DNA of 64,000 nt from contig NC_058368.1 of assembly GCF_018350175.1 (NCBI RefSeq), positions 105,154,001-105,218,000 of the forward strand, read 5' to 3'. This DNA comes from Felis catus (Eukaryota). This document shows, in pieces, positions 26,879 to 39,776 of the stretch. The position numbers and the translations under genes are program-made. Below the pieces are notes generated by a model that made no database searches, was not told where the DNA came from, and worked only from the letters and a program-made list of their open reading frames with translations. The first letter of the stretch is position 1. Each line of letters opens with the position of its first letter.

Positions 26879-28223
26879 GTTACTAAGTACAGGAAATATT
26901 TCAAGCATTATTCTACATAAACTCATATAATCCTCAAAACAAACCTGTGAGTTAAGTACTATTCTTTTCATCCCCGTTCCCATTTACAGACTGGAAAATC
27001 AAGCCCGTAGAAACTGAGAAACTTGCCTCAATCACATAGTGTTTAGCCATTACACTCTGTACTGTGTAATAAAATAGAAGGGTGCCTGGAACAACCAGGC
27101 TACATCTCCAAGCTCTCATGTACTCGGTTGAAATTTGTCACTGTCCATGAGGAGCCCAACAGGTCTCCAAGGTCACTGAGAGCTGAGAGGCACAGCCAAC
27201 AGTTTATGACATATGTGTTCCCTCTGGCTCTCACATTGTGCTTTTATAATCTCCAGAACATAACAGAATGGCTGCGAAGCACCAACTAAACAAATAATTG
27301 CAAGTGAATGATTGTGTGGATCAATGCCACTTTATATATGACGTTCCCGCTTTATTTCCGTGACGGAGCAACTTCTTTAGGCTTCCCCATTTGGTAAATT
27401 AGCTTTAAAAACTTACTGCGCTTTTCAAGATGAGACAGCATGCTTCGCAAGAATTTTTGGAATAGTATGAAAGAGATACTTAAAGGTAATTCATGCCTCC
27501 AAGGACACACTGGGAACTGGAATGAATACAAGGTGTGTGTCCCTTTCCAGAGACTCTCAGAATTGTTGCTGAGCTATAGAAAAAATGCACAATAAGCTGT
27601 CTGAATGAAAGGAAATGCTAGTCCAGGGGCTCTCCAAGGGAATTCAAGAATGAGACACTATCAAACTCCCCTTTCCTCAAGAGGAATCTACAAACAGTAA
27701 AACAAAGCTCATCATCCTTAGACATTTTCTAGTGATGGTTTAGCCTAGATCTGCCTCCAATCAGACTTTAACTTGAAATTCCTACATTTCCCTTCAGCTG
27801 CTTAAAGGGTGAACATGCAAGGGTGTCGGTATTCCTATTTTTTCTCAAGAGCTGTAGGTCCCCCAAGAGTTAAGTTCCAAGAACTATATACAAAAAAACA
27901 GTACAGAATGCACATGTAAAAACAAAGTACATTCTTGAAACATAAAAGGGTGAGCATTGAGGCTGTTGCATTAGAAATCTCTCTGCGTGTTGTAATTATG
28001 TAGTCTCATCTCTTGCCCAGAAAGATCTTTATTACTGAATATAAAGTCAACATTATTTTATTTTCTCTCTATACTAATCTTTTTCAGCTATGAGGAATAT
28101 TCCAGAAGCCATTTTCATGTTTAATAGATATTGGTGGCAGGTAATTCATGTATCAATTAGACTTTTGAAAGGAGCTTTAAAAAAATCACTGTACTTACAT
28201 GCCCTTACAAGAAATGTCTTTAG

Positions 28224-28355
28224 CTTGCAGCCTCTGAAGGAACAAAATCAAGACTGCTTGAGCAAGTTTCCTGGCTGGAGGAAAAACTAGGGGCTCTGGA
28301 TCATAAGGAAGACAGTGGTGAGCCATATGAAAAAATGGTTCTTGCAAAAGACCAG
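28224..28355 (+). CDS. CCDC192: CCDC192 internal coding exon (132 nt, phase 0/0): LAASEGTKSRLLEQVSWLEEKLGALDHKEDSGEPYEKMVLAKDQ
   Basis: Acceptor gtctttag|CTT and donor CAG|gtaggt. It is open in frame with the previous exon and matches recalled CCDC192 (LSVSEGTKSKLLEQVSRLEEKL...PYEKMVLVKDQ). This frame is not listed in the ORF track. Confidence 0.92.
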
Positions 28356-28648
28356 GTAGGTTGGAGAAGAAAAAAATAATGTTTATCTCAAAAAGTTACC
28401 TAAACTTCTATGAAATGACAATTCTGCAGTCATTTCTGGCTAGGTTGGAAGTTCATATTTAAGTTCAAGATGGTAAATAATATTTGTGTCGGCTAAATAG
28501 AACTACTCCCTGATGAATATTCACATAAAATAATTAATTTTGTTAGTAACATCTTAAAAGTTTGTTTGATATGTATCCTTTGAATCATATTATATGAATA
28601 TGCTATTTATTTTGTAAGTGGTATTAACTATGCAAATGTCTCCTCATT

Positions 28649-28864
28649 AAAAAAAATATTTCAATGTTTATTTATTTTTGAGAGACAGAGAGAGACAGAG
28701 GGTGAGTGGGGAGAGGCAGAGAGAGGGAGACACAGAACCCGAAGCAGGCTCCAGGCTCCTAGCGCTCAGCACAGAGCCTGACAGGGGGCTCGAACCCACA
28801 AACAGGAAATCATGACCTGAGCCAAAGTCGGACGCTTAACTGACTGAGCCACCCAGGTGCCCCC
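28649..28864 (-). mobile_element. Can-SINE in the short CCDC192 intron
   Basis: TSD aaatgtctcctcatt / aaatgtctcctcgtt. Confidence 0.95.
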
Positions 28865-29058
28865 AAATGTCTCCTCGTTTTTAAGGTTGAACTTAGTCAA
28901 GGAATAGTTTCTTTCAGTGTAGTAAGATGAGTGGATCAAAAATTTGGCATATGCTTTAATCAATTATTTTATAAAACGTTATTAATCTCTGAATCTCTGG
29001 GCATTTACATAAATTTTTTTCTTGGTCAACTCAAATGGGTTTGTAACTACCTTTGAGA

Positions 29059-29114
<56 letters not shown>
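29059..29114. repeat. (TATC)14 tetranucleotide microsatellite
   Basis: Direct reading. Confidence 0.98.
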
Positions 29115-29476
29115 CCTATATATATTCACATAAAAACATATGTATATGTTACAAAAACAGTATCAGACCCATCTGATACCATATAGATATGTATATATGT
29201 TATAAGATAAGTTGGCATTACCTTCCGTACATCAAGGAAACATTATTTTCCTACTCATTTCCTAAGTCTTAACATATTTGTGTTCTTTGTTGGTGGGCTC
29301 TTCATAGAATCAAAGGGAGATAGGGATGGGAGCGAAGATTTCTCAATGATGATTTCCAAAGCACCTAGCAGAGACAGTGCTGCCATTCACAGGATTTGAG
29401 AACTGGCATATATCTGAAATACTTTATATTAGACGAAGAGTTATACATTTTGTTTCTAAATGTGTCTCCTTTTCAG

Positions 29477-29533
29477 TGCATTGAGAAATTACAAGCTGAA
29501 GTGAAAGCTTCCCAGGAGCAACTTACAGCCCAT
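29477..29533 (+). CDS. CCDC192: CCDC192 internal coding exon (57 nt, phase 0/0): CIEKLQAEVKASQEQLTAH
   Basis: Acceptor tctccttttcag|TGC and donor CAT|gtaagt. It continues the frame and matches recalled CIQKLQAEVKASQEQLIAQ. Confidence 0.92.
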
Positions 29534-29887
29534 GTAAGTGTTTTTCTCCTTTTTTTTTTAATCCCTGCATTTATACCACTGTTACCCTGGGAATGAAGGG
29601 TAATTCCTCAGAAGTTAAAACCATGGTCTTCTTGCTGCTAACCAAATCACCAGGCTAAAAATCAGTATTGTTATTGCCTCTACAAAGTTGCTTTTCCATA
29701 AGTAGAATTCTGATTTATGCTCAGGATAAAAATTACAAAACTTATCTCTCACATACAACCAGATGGTCTAATCGGGTACCATCAGGATAAGAGAACCAGA
29801 AACTAAGGGTAGAAAGACGTGGAAACCAGGCTAGTGGAGTGAGTGAAGAGAAGTGGAAATGACTGGCACATCGAATACACGCCTAGA

Positions 29888-30068
29888 AGAGTGCTTCTTA
29901 AACTTCAGTATATCAAGAATTACTTAGAAAACACTTAGAAACAAATCGCCTGGACATTCTGTTTTCTGCATGCCTAGGATATGACCTGAGAACTGACAAT
30001 TCTAGACGATGCCACATTCAGGTAATGCTGATGCTGCCAATTTTGGACCATATTACAAGCAGCACTGC
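29888..30068. mobile_element. MER5-like hAT-Charlie element
   Basis: Termini agtgcttcttaaact...caggtaatgctgatgctgc...agcagcactg. Confidence 0.65.
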
Positions 30069-30405
30069 GTTACATGTATTCATTCTGCCCAAGTCTTGTG
30101 ATTTTTAGGCAAATTACCATATAAACAAATCAGGTACACAACTGTTCATTTTCCTTGCAAGTACTCCCCTGAGGGAGACTCTATGAACTCCTAGGGTATA
30201 TTTCACTGATATTTTAGCCTATCTTCATGCAGAGAGCAACTAATGAACATCTGCCACAATACCCTTGTGTGTTCACACACATAAACCACCTGTCACCCTG
30301 CCTCTTTCCTTTCCCAAGGATCTGAGCAATCCCGATGCCTCAAAGACTCGCTCACCTTCTTTTCAGCAATCTTCTCTATTTATCTTGGGTGCTAAGAGAT
30401 GACTT

Positions 30406-30597
30406 ATTTTGAGAGAGACAGAGAGAGTACAAGAGAGGATGGGGCAGAGAGAGAGGGAGAGAGAAAATCCCAAGCAGAGTCCTCAGGGTTCAGTGCACAG
30501 AACCTGTCACTGGGCTCCAACTCACGAACTGTGAGATCATGATCTGAGCTGAAATCAAGAGTCAGATGCTTAACAGACTGAGTCACCCAGGCGTCCC
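30406..30597 (-). mobile_element. Can-SINE
   Basis: Antisense SINEC body with gatgactt repeated at both flanks. Confidence 0.93.
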
Positions 30598-30636
30598 AGG
30601 GGGGATGACTTCTTGATCAAGAACATTGGCCAGCCA

Positions 30637-30846
30637 GGGGCGCCTGGGTGGTTCAGTCAGTTAAGCTTCTGACTTTGGCTCAGGTCATGATCTCACGGTT
30701 CATGGGTTCGGACCCTGCATTGGGCTCTGTGCTGACAGCTCAGACCCTGGAGTGTCCTTTGGATTCTGTGTCTCCCTCTCTCTCTGCCCCTGCCCCACTC
30801 ACACTCTGTCTCTCTCTTTCCCAAAAATAAACATTAAAAAAAAAAA
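30637..30846 (+). mobile_element. Can-SINE
   Basis: TSD aagaacattggccagcca / aaaaacaatggccagtca. Confidence 0.95.
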
Positions 30847-33800
30847 AAAAACAATGGCCAGTCATGTTAAATGGCCAATTTGAACCATAAACTTTTCAGA
30901 CCCATTTGAGACCTGAGGGGCTACAGTCCAGAAGTCCTGCAGAAAAAGTCTGCAAAATAACAAATTCTGGTCACCATCCCTTTGAAATTTGAAATGAGCT
31001 AATCAGGATAAAATCACAGTAAATGCCTTTTTTTTTTTTCTGGGATAGACAAAAGCTAATCTGCTTTTAGCTCTGACCTCAGAATGTCTTTCGGCCTTGT
31101 ATGTCCAACTGACCAATAGTAAAAATGATTAAAGCCTGCATTTGTGACATGGTGACATATTCAAACACAAGTATATCTCATTAGCTCAGTGTTCTGTTGC
31201 AGATGCCTCCCCCAGCTGACCCTGAGGGTGACAGATAATTACTATTGCCAGAGGATGTCTCCTCATGACAGATTGATACCTACAGCCATTCGCCCAGGGT
31301 GGGTTGAGTTCAGAAATTTTTTAAGGAGAGCAGATTGTTCAGTAAGGTTCTGATATTAGCTTCCAGCATCTCTTCATGAAAAGCTGATTAAAGAAACATA
31401 GTCACAGACGCCTTCAGGAAATTCCTGTGGTGTCTTCCTCCATTGCCTAGCTTCTGCAGATTCTATTCCTGTACCATGCTGTTCCTGGCCCAGGTTTGTC
31501 TGAGCTGGGATTTCTTTCTTGTATTAGGGTATTAACATCAACAACTGAGATCTCTTCTGTGTAAGTGCTCCATGTTCAGATTTTAGCAGTGTGATCACAG
31601 AAGCTTTGCTTCAACTCATCAAGAAGATTTAAATGAAAATATTAGTTAATAGTGTTTATGAGAGTAGATTATGTGTCTAACTGTGTGGTACATGCTTCAC
31701 CTATTTTCTATTTTAAATCTTGACACAACCCAACAAGGTGGGCATTATTTTCAGGTAATAAAACTGAATAATCAAGCTTAGATCACTTGTCACACATGTC
31801 AGTTCTGAAACCCATGCTTTTGCTATTACAGTTTGCTGTCTTTCCAAATTATGTTCTCCACATGCCATTTCACATATCAAATGGTGTTTATAGAGGTTCT
31901 TTCTGCAATCTTCCTTCTCTCTCCATTCACTCTGAGTGATTCATCAGTTCATAATGCTTCAACTCTCACTTCCATGCAAATAAACAACCCCCACCACCCC
32001 CATCAAATTCTTTCTATCTTAATCATCCCCTAATTACACCTCCTTAGTGCTGTAATGAGCATTTCTTAAGACAGTGTTCCTGAAAATAACATTCCAAATG
32101 ATGTTAAGAGGTATTCTGGAAAATAAATGGGAGAGACATTGGAAATGAAGTTAAATTAGATGGGTTTAGTTGTAAGACTTACCAGTGTATAATCAATCTT
32201 AAAGAAAGGGCAATAGTATGTTGTTTTCCAATGACCATAAATGCTGATTTAATCACACAAGTTTGGAGACTGCTAGCATATTGCATCAAATGAAAGCACT
32301 GTGCTTGCTAAATATGACTTGAATATCTTGCTGACACCCTAGGCTCAGCATATACAAAGTCAAATTTATCATCTTCTACTCCTATCTCTTAAATGTGCCC
32401 CTCTTTTTGAAAACCTAGTCACTGCAAATAATATCGTACGACTGTAATTTATTCTAGATCCAAACTACCAAACAGTATTAAAATCCTACCTTTCTCTGTC
32501 TTCATTCCACGTTTAGTTAGTCGTCAGGCTGTGAGTATGTTTCTAAAAGTTATCTCACTTTTGTGTCTGCTCTGCCATCAAACTGCCCTATCTCTAACTC
32601 TTCACGATCATCTTATATCTTACTGCTACTGACCCCACATTATGAACATATTCGAGTTCAGGACCTCCCACTGTTCCTCACCACAACCCAAATCACCACG
32701 TAGCCCTCTTGCTTTCACACCATCAAGTTCTGTTTGCAGAGGAGAGAAAGGATAAAATCCATGCGTGAGTCCGCGGGGTGGGGGCAGAAAACCAAACAGA
32801 GCCAAAGAGTAACACTGAAAGGGAGGATGAAACCATTTGGAGTACCAGAGAAGAGAACAGGGAGTGAAGGACCAAGGTGGTAGAATGGAACTCTGTAGAT
32901 GGGGAAGGGTCCTTCTGGAATAGGACACTGGAAGTTTCTTGGAAGTTTTAATATTGAGAATACAGTATTATTAATACTAAGAATACATTATTCAAGTATG
33001 AACTTGAATCGCCCTGTTCAGGAGTCATGTGTAAAGTGTGGAATGTCTGTTCAGACCATACCTCCTAAACGTAACACTACTGTAGGATATGATCGTGTAG
33101 TAGTCCACTGGCTTCCCTGCCTCTACTCTGAAAGAGGTTTCCAAAGGACCATCCCTACCCCCTCGTCTCCCTCTTTCTTTCCCCAGCCTCTCTCTGCCTC
33201 CCACTGAATGAGCCAATAAAATGGCACTGCTGTCTCTCTTTACACATCCCATGTCAGTTGGTGCCCTGTGAGTTTGCTCTCTGTGTTGTCTTGGTTTTGG
33301 ACTATCCTTCCCTCTGCTCTTTATCCAAATAATTCTTACCTTCTTGCAAGACTGATATCAGGGATTAAGCTCTCCCTTAGCCCCCAGAAAACCTTTTCTG
33401 GGCTCTGACAGCCTCTTGTATATACAACTATTTTAGCTCAAAATACTACTTTTTATTGACAGTATCTGTTGATATTTCTGTCTCCTACTAGACTTGAAGG
33501 TCACTGAGGGCACCATCAAGAATGGTTCTCTGCATCCATTATCTCAAGTAGAGGGCCAGGCACATTGCAGCCACTCAATACATTTGCCAAAGTGAATTGA
33601 ATTTTTCTCTAATCATGTAATTTCCCCTATTCCAAAGCCTAGAGTAAGACAATGGTCGCCCATTACTCCAGAACAAAGTCCATCCTCCTGACCGTGGCAT
33701 TTATCACACTGAAAATGAGAGCGTGTCCCCTTTTCCTTCCTGCTCTGTATCACACATCTATGACTCCCAGGAATGCCCATGCATTCCTGCCCTAGGGGTT

Positions 33801-36016
33801 CTGCTCATGGTTTCTCTCTGCCTGGAATGTCTGTCCCCACCAACAATTTTAATGAAGAATGACAGATTTTCCCCATTCTTCATCAAAATTTTTCCTTTCA
33901 GGAAGTTTCTCCTGACCATCAAACCAGAAGTAATCTCCCTTTCTTTGGCACTTTCATAGCACATCTCTACACTTCTTTTTTGTTACTTGTCACACTATGG
34001 CCCACAAGAGAATTGAGTGATGAGCTAGCTCTTCCCCAAGACTGTGAGCTCCTGGAGAACAGGGAGCAAGTCTGTTTATCTTTATGCTTTGCATAGTGTC
34101 TGGTTCAATGCCTTGTTCATATTTCACTGAAGTGAATTACTAAAATGGCTAAATTAAAAATAAAGTGATTTTTGCATTGATAGCCTGCTTTGAAATTGTA
34201 TTTCTTAAAAAAATGCCAGTTACATAAGGTGCTACTGTAACCTGAAATTGATACTTTCAAGGTGTAACATGGATGGGACAAAAGGTAATGATATCTTAGA
34301 ATGGAAATAGAATGAAAAAGCAGCAGCAAAAGTAAACACCATTCTGGGAAACCCCTATTTCAAAAGAAGTAAAAAGAACACCTAAAGGAAATGATGATCT
34401 TTACACGAAAAGTAACAACCTTGCGGCCTCCTTTTATTCAGAGTTCACTTGTCTAAAACCCAAGAGTTGAACTATATTTTTGTATAATTAAATTCATAGC
34501 TATAAAATGGAGAGAAGACAGAAGCCTAAACATTTCAGACTGAGTTGTCACTGCTAATATTTTGAAGGTTAAAATCTCATCGCGTTAACTTTATGTAGTT
34601 ACAGCTTATACTTCTCAAAGATTACAAACTGTCATGAGTGCACACATAGGTACCTACTCAGAGGCACCCACAGGGCTAGTCTGACCAAGGTGTTTTTATC
34701 AATCCTTCCCACACGATTACTTATCTGTTTAGAAACCTACATAGGATTAACAAATATTTGAAGCAAATGTTTATAACTGTTCAAAGGTACTTGTTCATGT
34801 TAGGGCAATTTGAGCCAGGACTAGGTATCTTAAGGAAAAATATCCTTTTAAAATGAATGTCTTCCAAATTGTTGAATCTATTGCTTCACTATTTTTAGTA
34901 TTTGAGAGTATAAGTAGTCATCCTTGTCTATCCACTCTGTCATTGATGCCCTGAATATCTGCAGTAACCCAGAGGTTTGCCCCTTTGCCTTACTTCCATC
35001 TCAATGGCCCGCCCATCTCCTGATCTGGTTACTCCCCAGCCCTGACCATGGCTAAAAGTTCTACAACATTCAATGGGATTATTTCGAAAAGAGAAATCTG
35101 GCTAACTGGGAAATAGGCACTTGAGTGTTATGTTATTTTTAATACTATCTTGTATGCTTGAAATATTTCCAATAAAGTAAAAGAGTTACGAACATCTAGA
35201 AGAAGGAGCCATTCCAATGAACTGTACAGCATGATTCAAGCTGTAGGTTAGATGAGTGTGTCTTTGAAAACAGAAGCTCCTGATCTATAGTTCCTGAGGA
35301 CATACTTAAACCTGGAAGCAATGGTCGTGAAGCTCAGAGTCAGGAAAATAAAAGCATGGGGTGGGGGGGGGTGCCAACATGAGTGCTTAAGAGAATTTTC
35401 CTGAAGACTTTATTTCATTTCTTACTTTCCTCCAGTAAGGAAGCTATCAACTACTTTCTAAGAATCTACAAGAGTCCTCAGTTTAGATCAAGTGCAAACT
35501 CCTCTTCCCTAGAATTCCAGGCCCTCTGTTAATTGATCTTTTCCTACTGTGATAGAAGACATGGACTGTTTTCATTATTAATGTTGTTTCTTGGCTACAT
35601 GAGCATACATTAACATCTCTGGAAACAGTACCCTGATATCCTTTTCAGCTGTGTCTCTTCCATGATGCACCGTCTTGGAACTGTAATTCAAAGTACCCTA
35701 TCATCTAGTAGCTGAGGAGTGGGCATGTTCTCTAAGCCAATTGGATTCTGAATATTAATTCAGGTGAAGCAAGAGACGAAGAACATTTGGAAATGATAGA
35801 TCCTACCAGAGATGCCCAGGCATCATGATGAAGGGGTTTGTGCTCTTGGGACCAGAATTGTTCTAGTTCCAGTCTACTTATGAATCTGATTCCTGTCCAT
35901 TTTAGGAACCGTCCAACAATCCTAATTAGCTTAAAGGAAATTCCCTTTTCCTTTAAACTTGTGAGAATCAGATCAGGGTATTAGAGGCGAGAAGCTGTAA
36001 TTCTTATGCTGTCCAT

Positions 36017-36200
36017 GTAGTTCTCAAAGAGTGGTCCCTGGACTAGATTCATCAGACTCACTGGTACTTGTTTGAATTGCGAATTTTGAGGCCTCATCTC
36101 ATACCACCAGAACCGGAAGCAATGGGAGTGTGATCCAGCAGTATGCATTTTTAAAGTCTTACCAGTAATTGTGATGATGGCTGATGTCTGAGAAGTGCTG
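36017..36200. mobile_element. MER5A/B-like element
   Basis: tagttctcaaagagtggtccctggac...gagaagtgctg. Confidence 0.7.
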
Positions 36201-36514
36201 TATTGTCCAGTAAAACCCCCACTTCCAGCCTAGACCCTCTGTTCTTACCAAAACCATGGGTCCTGACTAGCATCTTGCTGTTGGGGGTCAGCTTCTCTGT
36301 CCTCATGTTCCTGATTCTAAGAAACATCTCCAGGCCTGATTCTTAGTACAGCAAGCTGGGAATGTGGCACACTGGACATGTTTGTTCAAATGATGAGCCA
36401 AACAGAAACAGTCTCCCTGCTCTTCTCAACCAAAGCCCAGACTTCCATGTACTCTAAAAGTATCACTTCATTCCTGAAGTTTGTCATGACTAATGCTACG
36501 ATAAAGTGACAGTA

Positions 36515-36740
36515 ATGAATAACAGCTTCGAGTCATTTAACAATTTATAGTTTCCTAAATGCTCCCACCACATTATGTCCATTTATTTTTCACAACAATC
36601 CTGTGAAGCAGGCATTACTACTCTTCTATCAGATGAAGAAAGTGAGAGTCAAAGACAGTAAAAAGCCTGCTCACGGCCAACAGTTAGTAGGTAGTAAAGC
36701 AAACACTCAAATTATAGATATTTTGACTCTAGGACCCCTG
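36515..36740 (-). mobile_element. MIR
   Basis: tcacaacaatcctgtgaagcaggcattacta..cagatgaagaaagtgag is the antisense MIR core. Confidence 0.7.
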
Positions 36741-36764
36741 TTTCATAAGTTTGATTCCACTATT

Positions 36765-36781
36765 GATTGATTGATCAATTG

Positions 36782-36820
<39 letters not shown>

Positions 36821-37010
36821 GAGCGAGCACACACACACAAGTACATGAGCAGAGAAAGGCCAGAGGGAGAGGGAGACGGAGAATCCCAAGCAGGTTTCAT
36901 GCTCTCAGTACGGAGCCCCACGCAGGGCTCAATATCATGAACTGTAAGGTCATGACTTGAGCTGAAATCAAGAGTCAGATACTTAACTGACTGAGCCACC
37001 CAAGCAGCCC
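36765..37010 (-). mobile_element. Can-SINE
   Basis: Antisense SINEC with a (GA)n linker and an (ATTG)n tail. Confidence 0.93.
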
Positions 37011-38282
37011 TAATTTCACTTTTTTTCACTTTTAATTCAGAATTTTTGCTGAATACGTATGCACATACACATAAGCCAGTGTGTCAACAAATTGGTTTTT
37101 ACGATCTTTTAACTTTATTGTACTCTATCGACCTCGTGGCTGTTAATCACCCTGAGGGAGTTTGGTAGTAGGATCTAATGGTGCCCTACCTGAAGCCAAT
37201 GAGGAATGGGGAAATTCTTGCCCTATGAGCCATTCTTTTAGAGGCAGACATGTTTATCAAAATGGAAGATCCCTCAGTGATTATTTATGAACACAGCATG
37301 GCTCCATGTGTGATAAGTCTCAGGAATATTTTTATTGCATTAGTTGATTATATTTTACTCAACCCCTCTCTACAGTCTACCTTCTTTGGTTAGTTTGTCT
37401 GGAATGGATGACTATTTGGCCCCTCATCTGAACCCCGTATGTGGTTATTCCATGGTTCATCTCCTATATGCTTGATCTGGAGAGGTTAAAAGAAAAGAAT
37501 AACAGAGGCTTTCAAATCCCATTGGTGAGAGTTACTGCCAAACTTCTCTGAGGACTTGGAAGAGGAAAGGGTTTGAGCTCTCATTTCATACCAGCAAGTT
37601 GCTCATAACTTAGAATTGGTGCTCTCTGAACTGTGAGCCATTTAGCAGACGTGGCCCAGTAAGATGTGGCTAAATAGCTAATTTCTAGCATACTGACAAA
37701 GCAATATTCAAAATAAAACTTTGGAACTCTATCAGGATGTTATTAAACTTATCTCTCTCTCTCTTTTTTAAATTTTGCCTAGAAATCCAAGGCACAATAA
37801 ATTACTGTGGGAGGCACTAATCTTAGCTGTTGGATCTCCGAGTGAGGGCAGAGGCAGGCACGTAGACCTATGGCATGAATTTGGTCAATCACATCTTCCA
37901 AGCCTAGATTCTGGCCAACACCCAGGAGGTTCACTTTCTCCTCAACCAGATTTGCATGCTGTTTCTTCATTTTCTATAGATGATGACTAAGTTTAAGCTG
38001 AATAAACACCCAAACCACCCTCGCTCTTTAGGACCATTGCATGTGCCTGATCTTTGTCTAGCCACCTAACTGGACACAGAGTATAGTCCTTTCACTTTTT
38101 TGTGAATATTTATTAGTTACCTATGCATTTCTTCAAGTACTTATTTTGGTGCCTTACTTGATAATCACAGGCTTCTCACACCAACATTTTATTAAAGGAA
38201 TGTACAAATTTTATAGTCCCAAATATTCTAGTACAGATCATTACTATAATCTCCATCTGCTTGTCAAAAAAATTAAATTAGA

Positions 38283-38438
38283 GTGGCACCTGGGTGGCTC
38301 AGGAAGTTAAGTGTCTGGCTCCTGATTTCAGCTCAGGTCATGATCCCAGGGTCATGGGATCAAGCCCTGTGTCAGGCTCCACTCAGAGTGTGGAGCCTGC
38401 TTAGGATTCTCTTTCTCCCTCTCTCTCTGCCTTTTCCC

Positions 38439-38474
<36 letters not shown>

Positions 38475-38497
38475 ACAAATACACATTTTAAAAACTT
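38283..38497 (+). mobile_element. Can-SINE
   Basis: SINEC head, (CT)n linker and A tail. Confidence 0.93.
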
Positions 38498-39776
38498 AAA
38501 AAAAAACAAATGAGAATAGTGCAAGATTATTCACAGTATTTCCCCCTTTTTGATTCTGAGCTGCATTAACCTAGCCATTAATGCTCACACAGAACTCATC
38601 CTATGCTATTGCTAAAAGAATCTGATACAAGTAATATTTTAATCATTTTTTTCTTAAGAATTAAAACCACTTAAGATTTAAGATGAGTATCATGCCCTCC
38701 CACTGTAGAGAAAAGAAAGATAAGCTATTATTATAGATCATGAGGGCAGTTTAAAAGGTCCTATTATCTGTTTCCTGCCAGAGACAAGGGTAGTAATGGA
38801 GAACTAGGCACTGGGCTTGAAGGACCTGACAAAGGTTCCACAAGTTCTGTTCTTCTTATTTGTGGTAAGAAGATAATAACATTACTTAGCTTCACAGGGT
38901 GCTTTAAGAAGGTATACAAATGTGTGAAGTGGGGTGATACACAAGAAATAGCAACGTGCCTGACACAAAGGTTCAAAAAACTTATTAAAAGTTATTACAA
39001 AATGAACTGTTTCAGTAAAACTGATCCACAATTTTTATAGGGTTGTGGTTAATAAACTTATGGAATAAAGTACCTCATATTAGCCTACATTCAGTTTATT
39101 TTATAGGAAGTTAAAGAGAAAATTACTTTCTGAAGACAATCTTATATCCTATCAACATTTATTCAGCTCATTTCTTCCCCTGGTGAATGTCTTTTTAAGC
39201 CTTTGGTAGAAACATCTCCTTGTAATTTTTCTGTTTCTCTGTCTTTATCCAACATGATAAATTTCTTAATAGTAGAGCCTGCATCTAATTCATGGTGTCT
39301 TCCTCATAGTATGTTCTCAATAAGTATGTGTTAAATGACTCAGTCAGTCAGTCAATGACTGAATGGATGAATGAAAGTGGCAGAAAGTGGCAGATACTTC
39401 TTTCAATTCAAACAGTAGCATTTCAGGGCCCGCAATTTCCAAAAGCAGATATCAGTTCTAGCCCCAGCCTACCTGGCCATTTCTACCAGAGAGCTCTGTG
39501 CTTAACTGTACTCTAGGGTCTAACCTGGAGTGTCACTCGATATTTCGCTTTAAAAAGCTTGGATGAGAGAAAGTATATCACAGGGTGGTACCTGAAATGT
39601 AGTTCATGTTTTCTTTTACAGAGCTACCCTAAAATTCTTCAAGTAAATGAGGTCAGCAGAGAGCCAATTCCCAGACTGTATCAAGTTGCTCTAGAATTGC
39701 TTTCATTGAATGTGGGAGAAGTGGTTTGACATGATGCTAATGACTTAGTTTTGGAATATTTATAAAATGTCCCATT

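Noticed and set aside
29160..29179. Hairpin gtatcaga-ccca-tctgatac
   Set aside because: An 8-bp stem is expected by chance in 64 kb, and there is no miRNA or snoRNA context.
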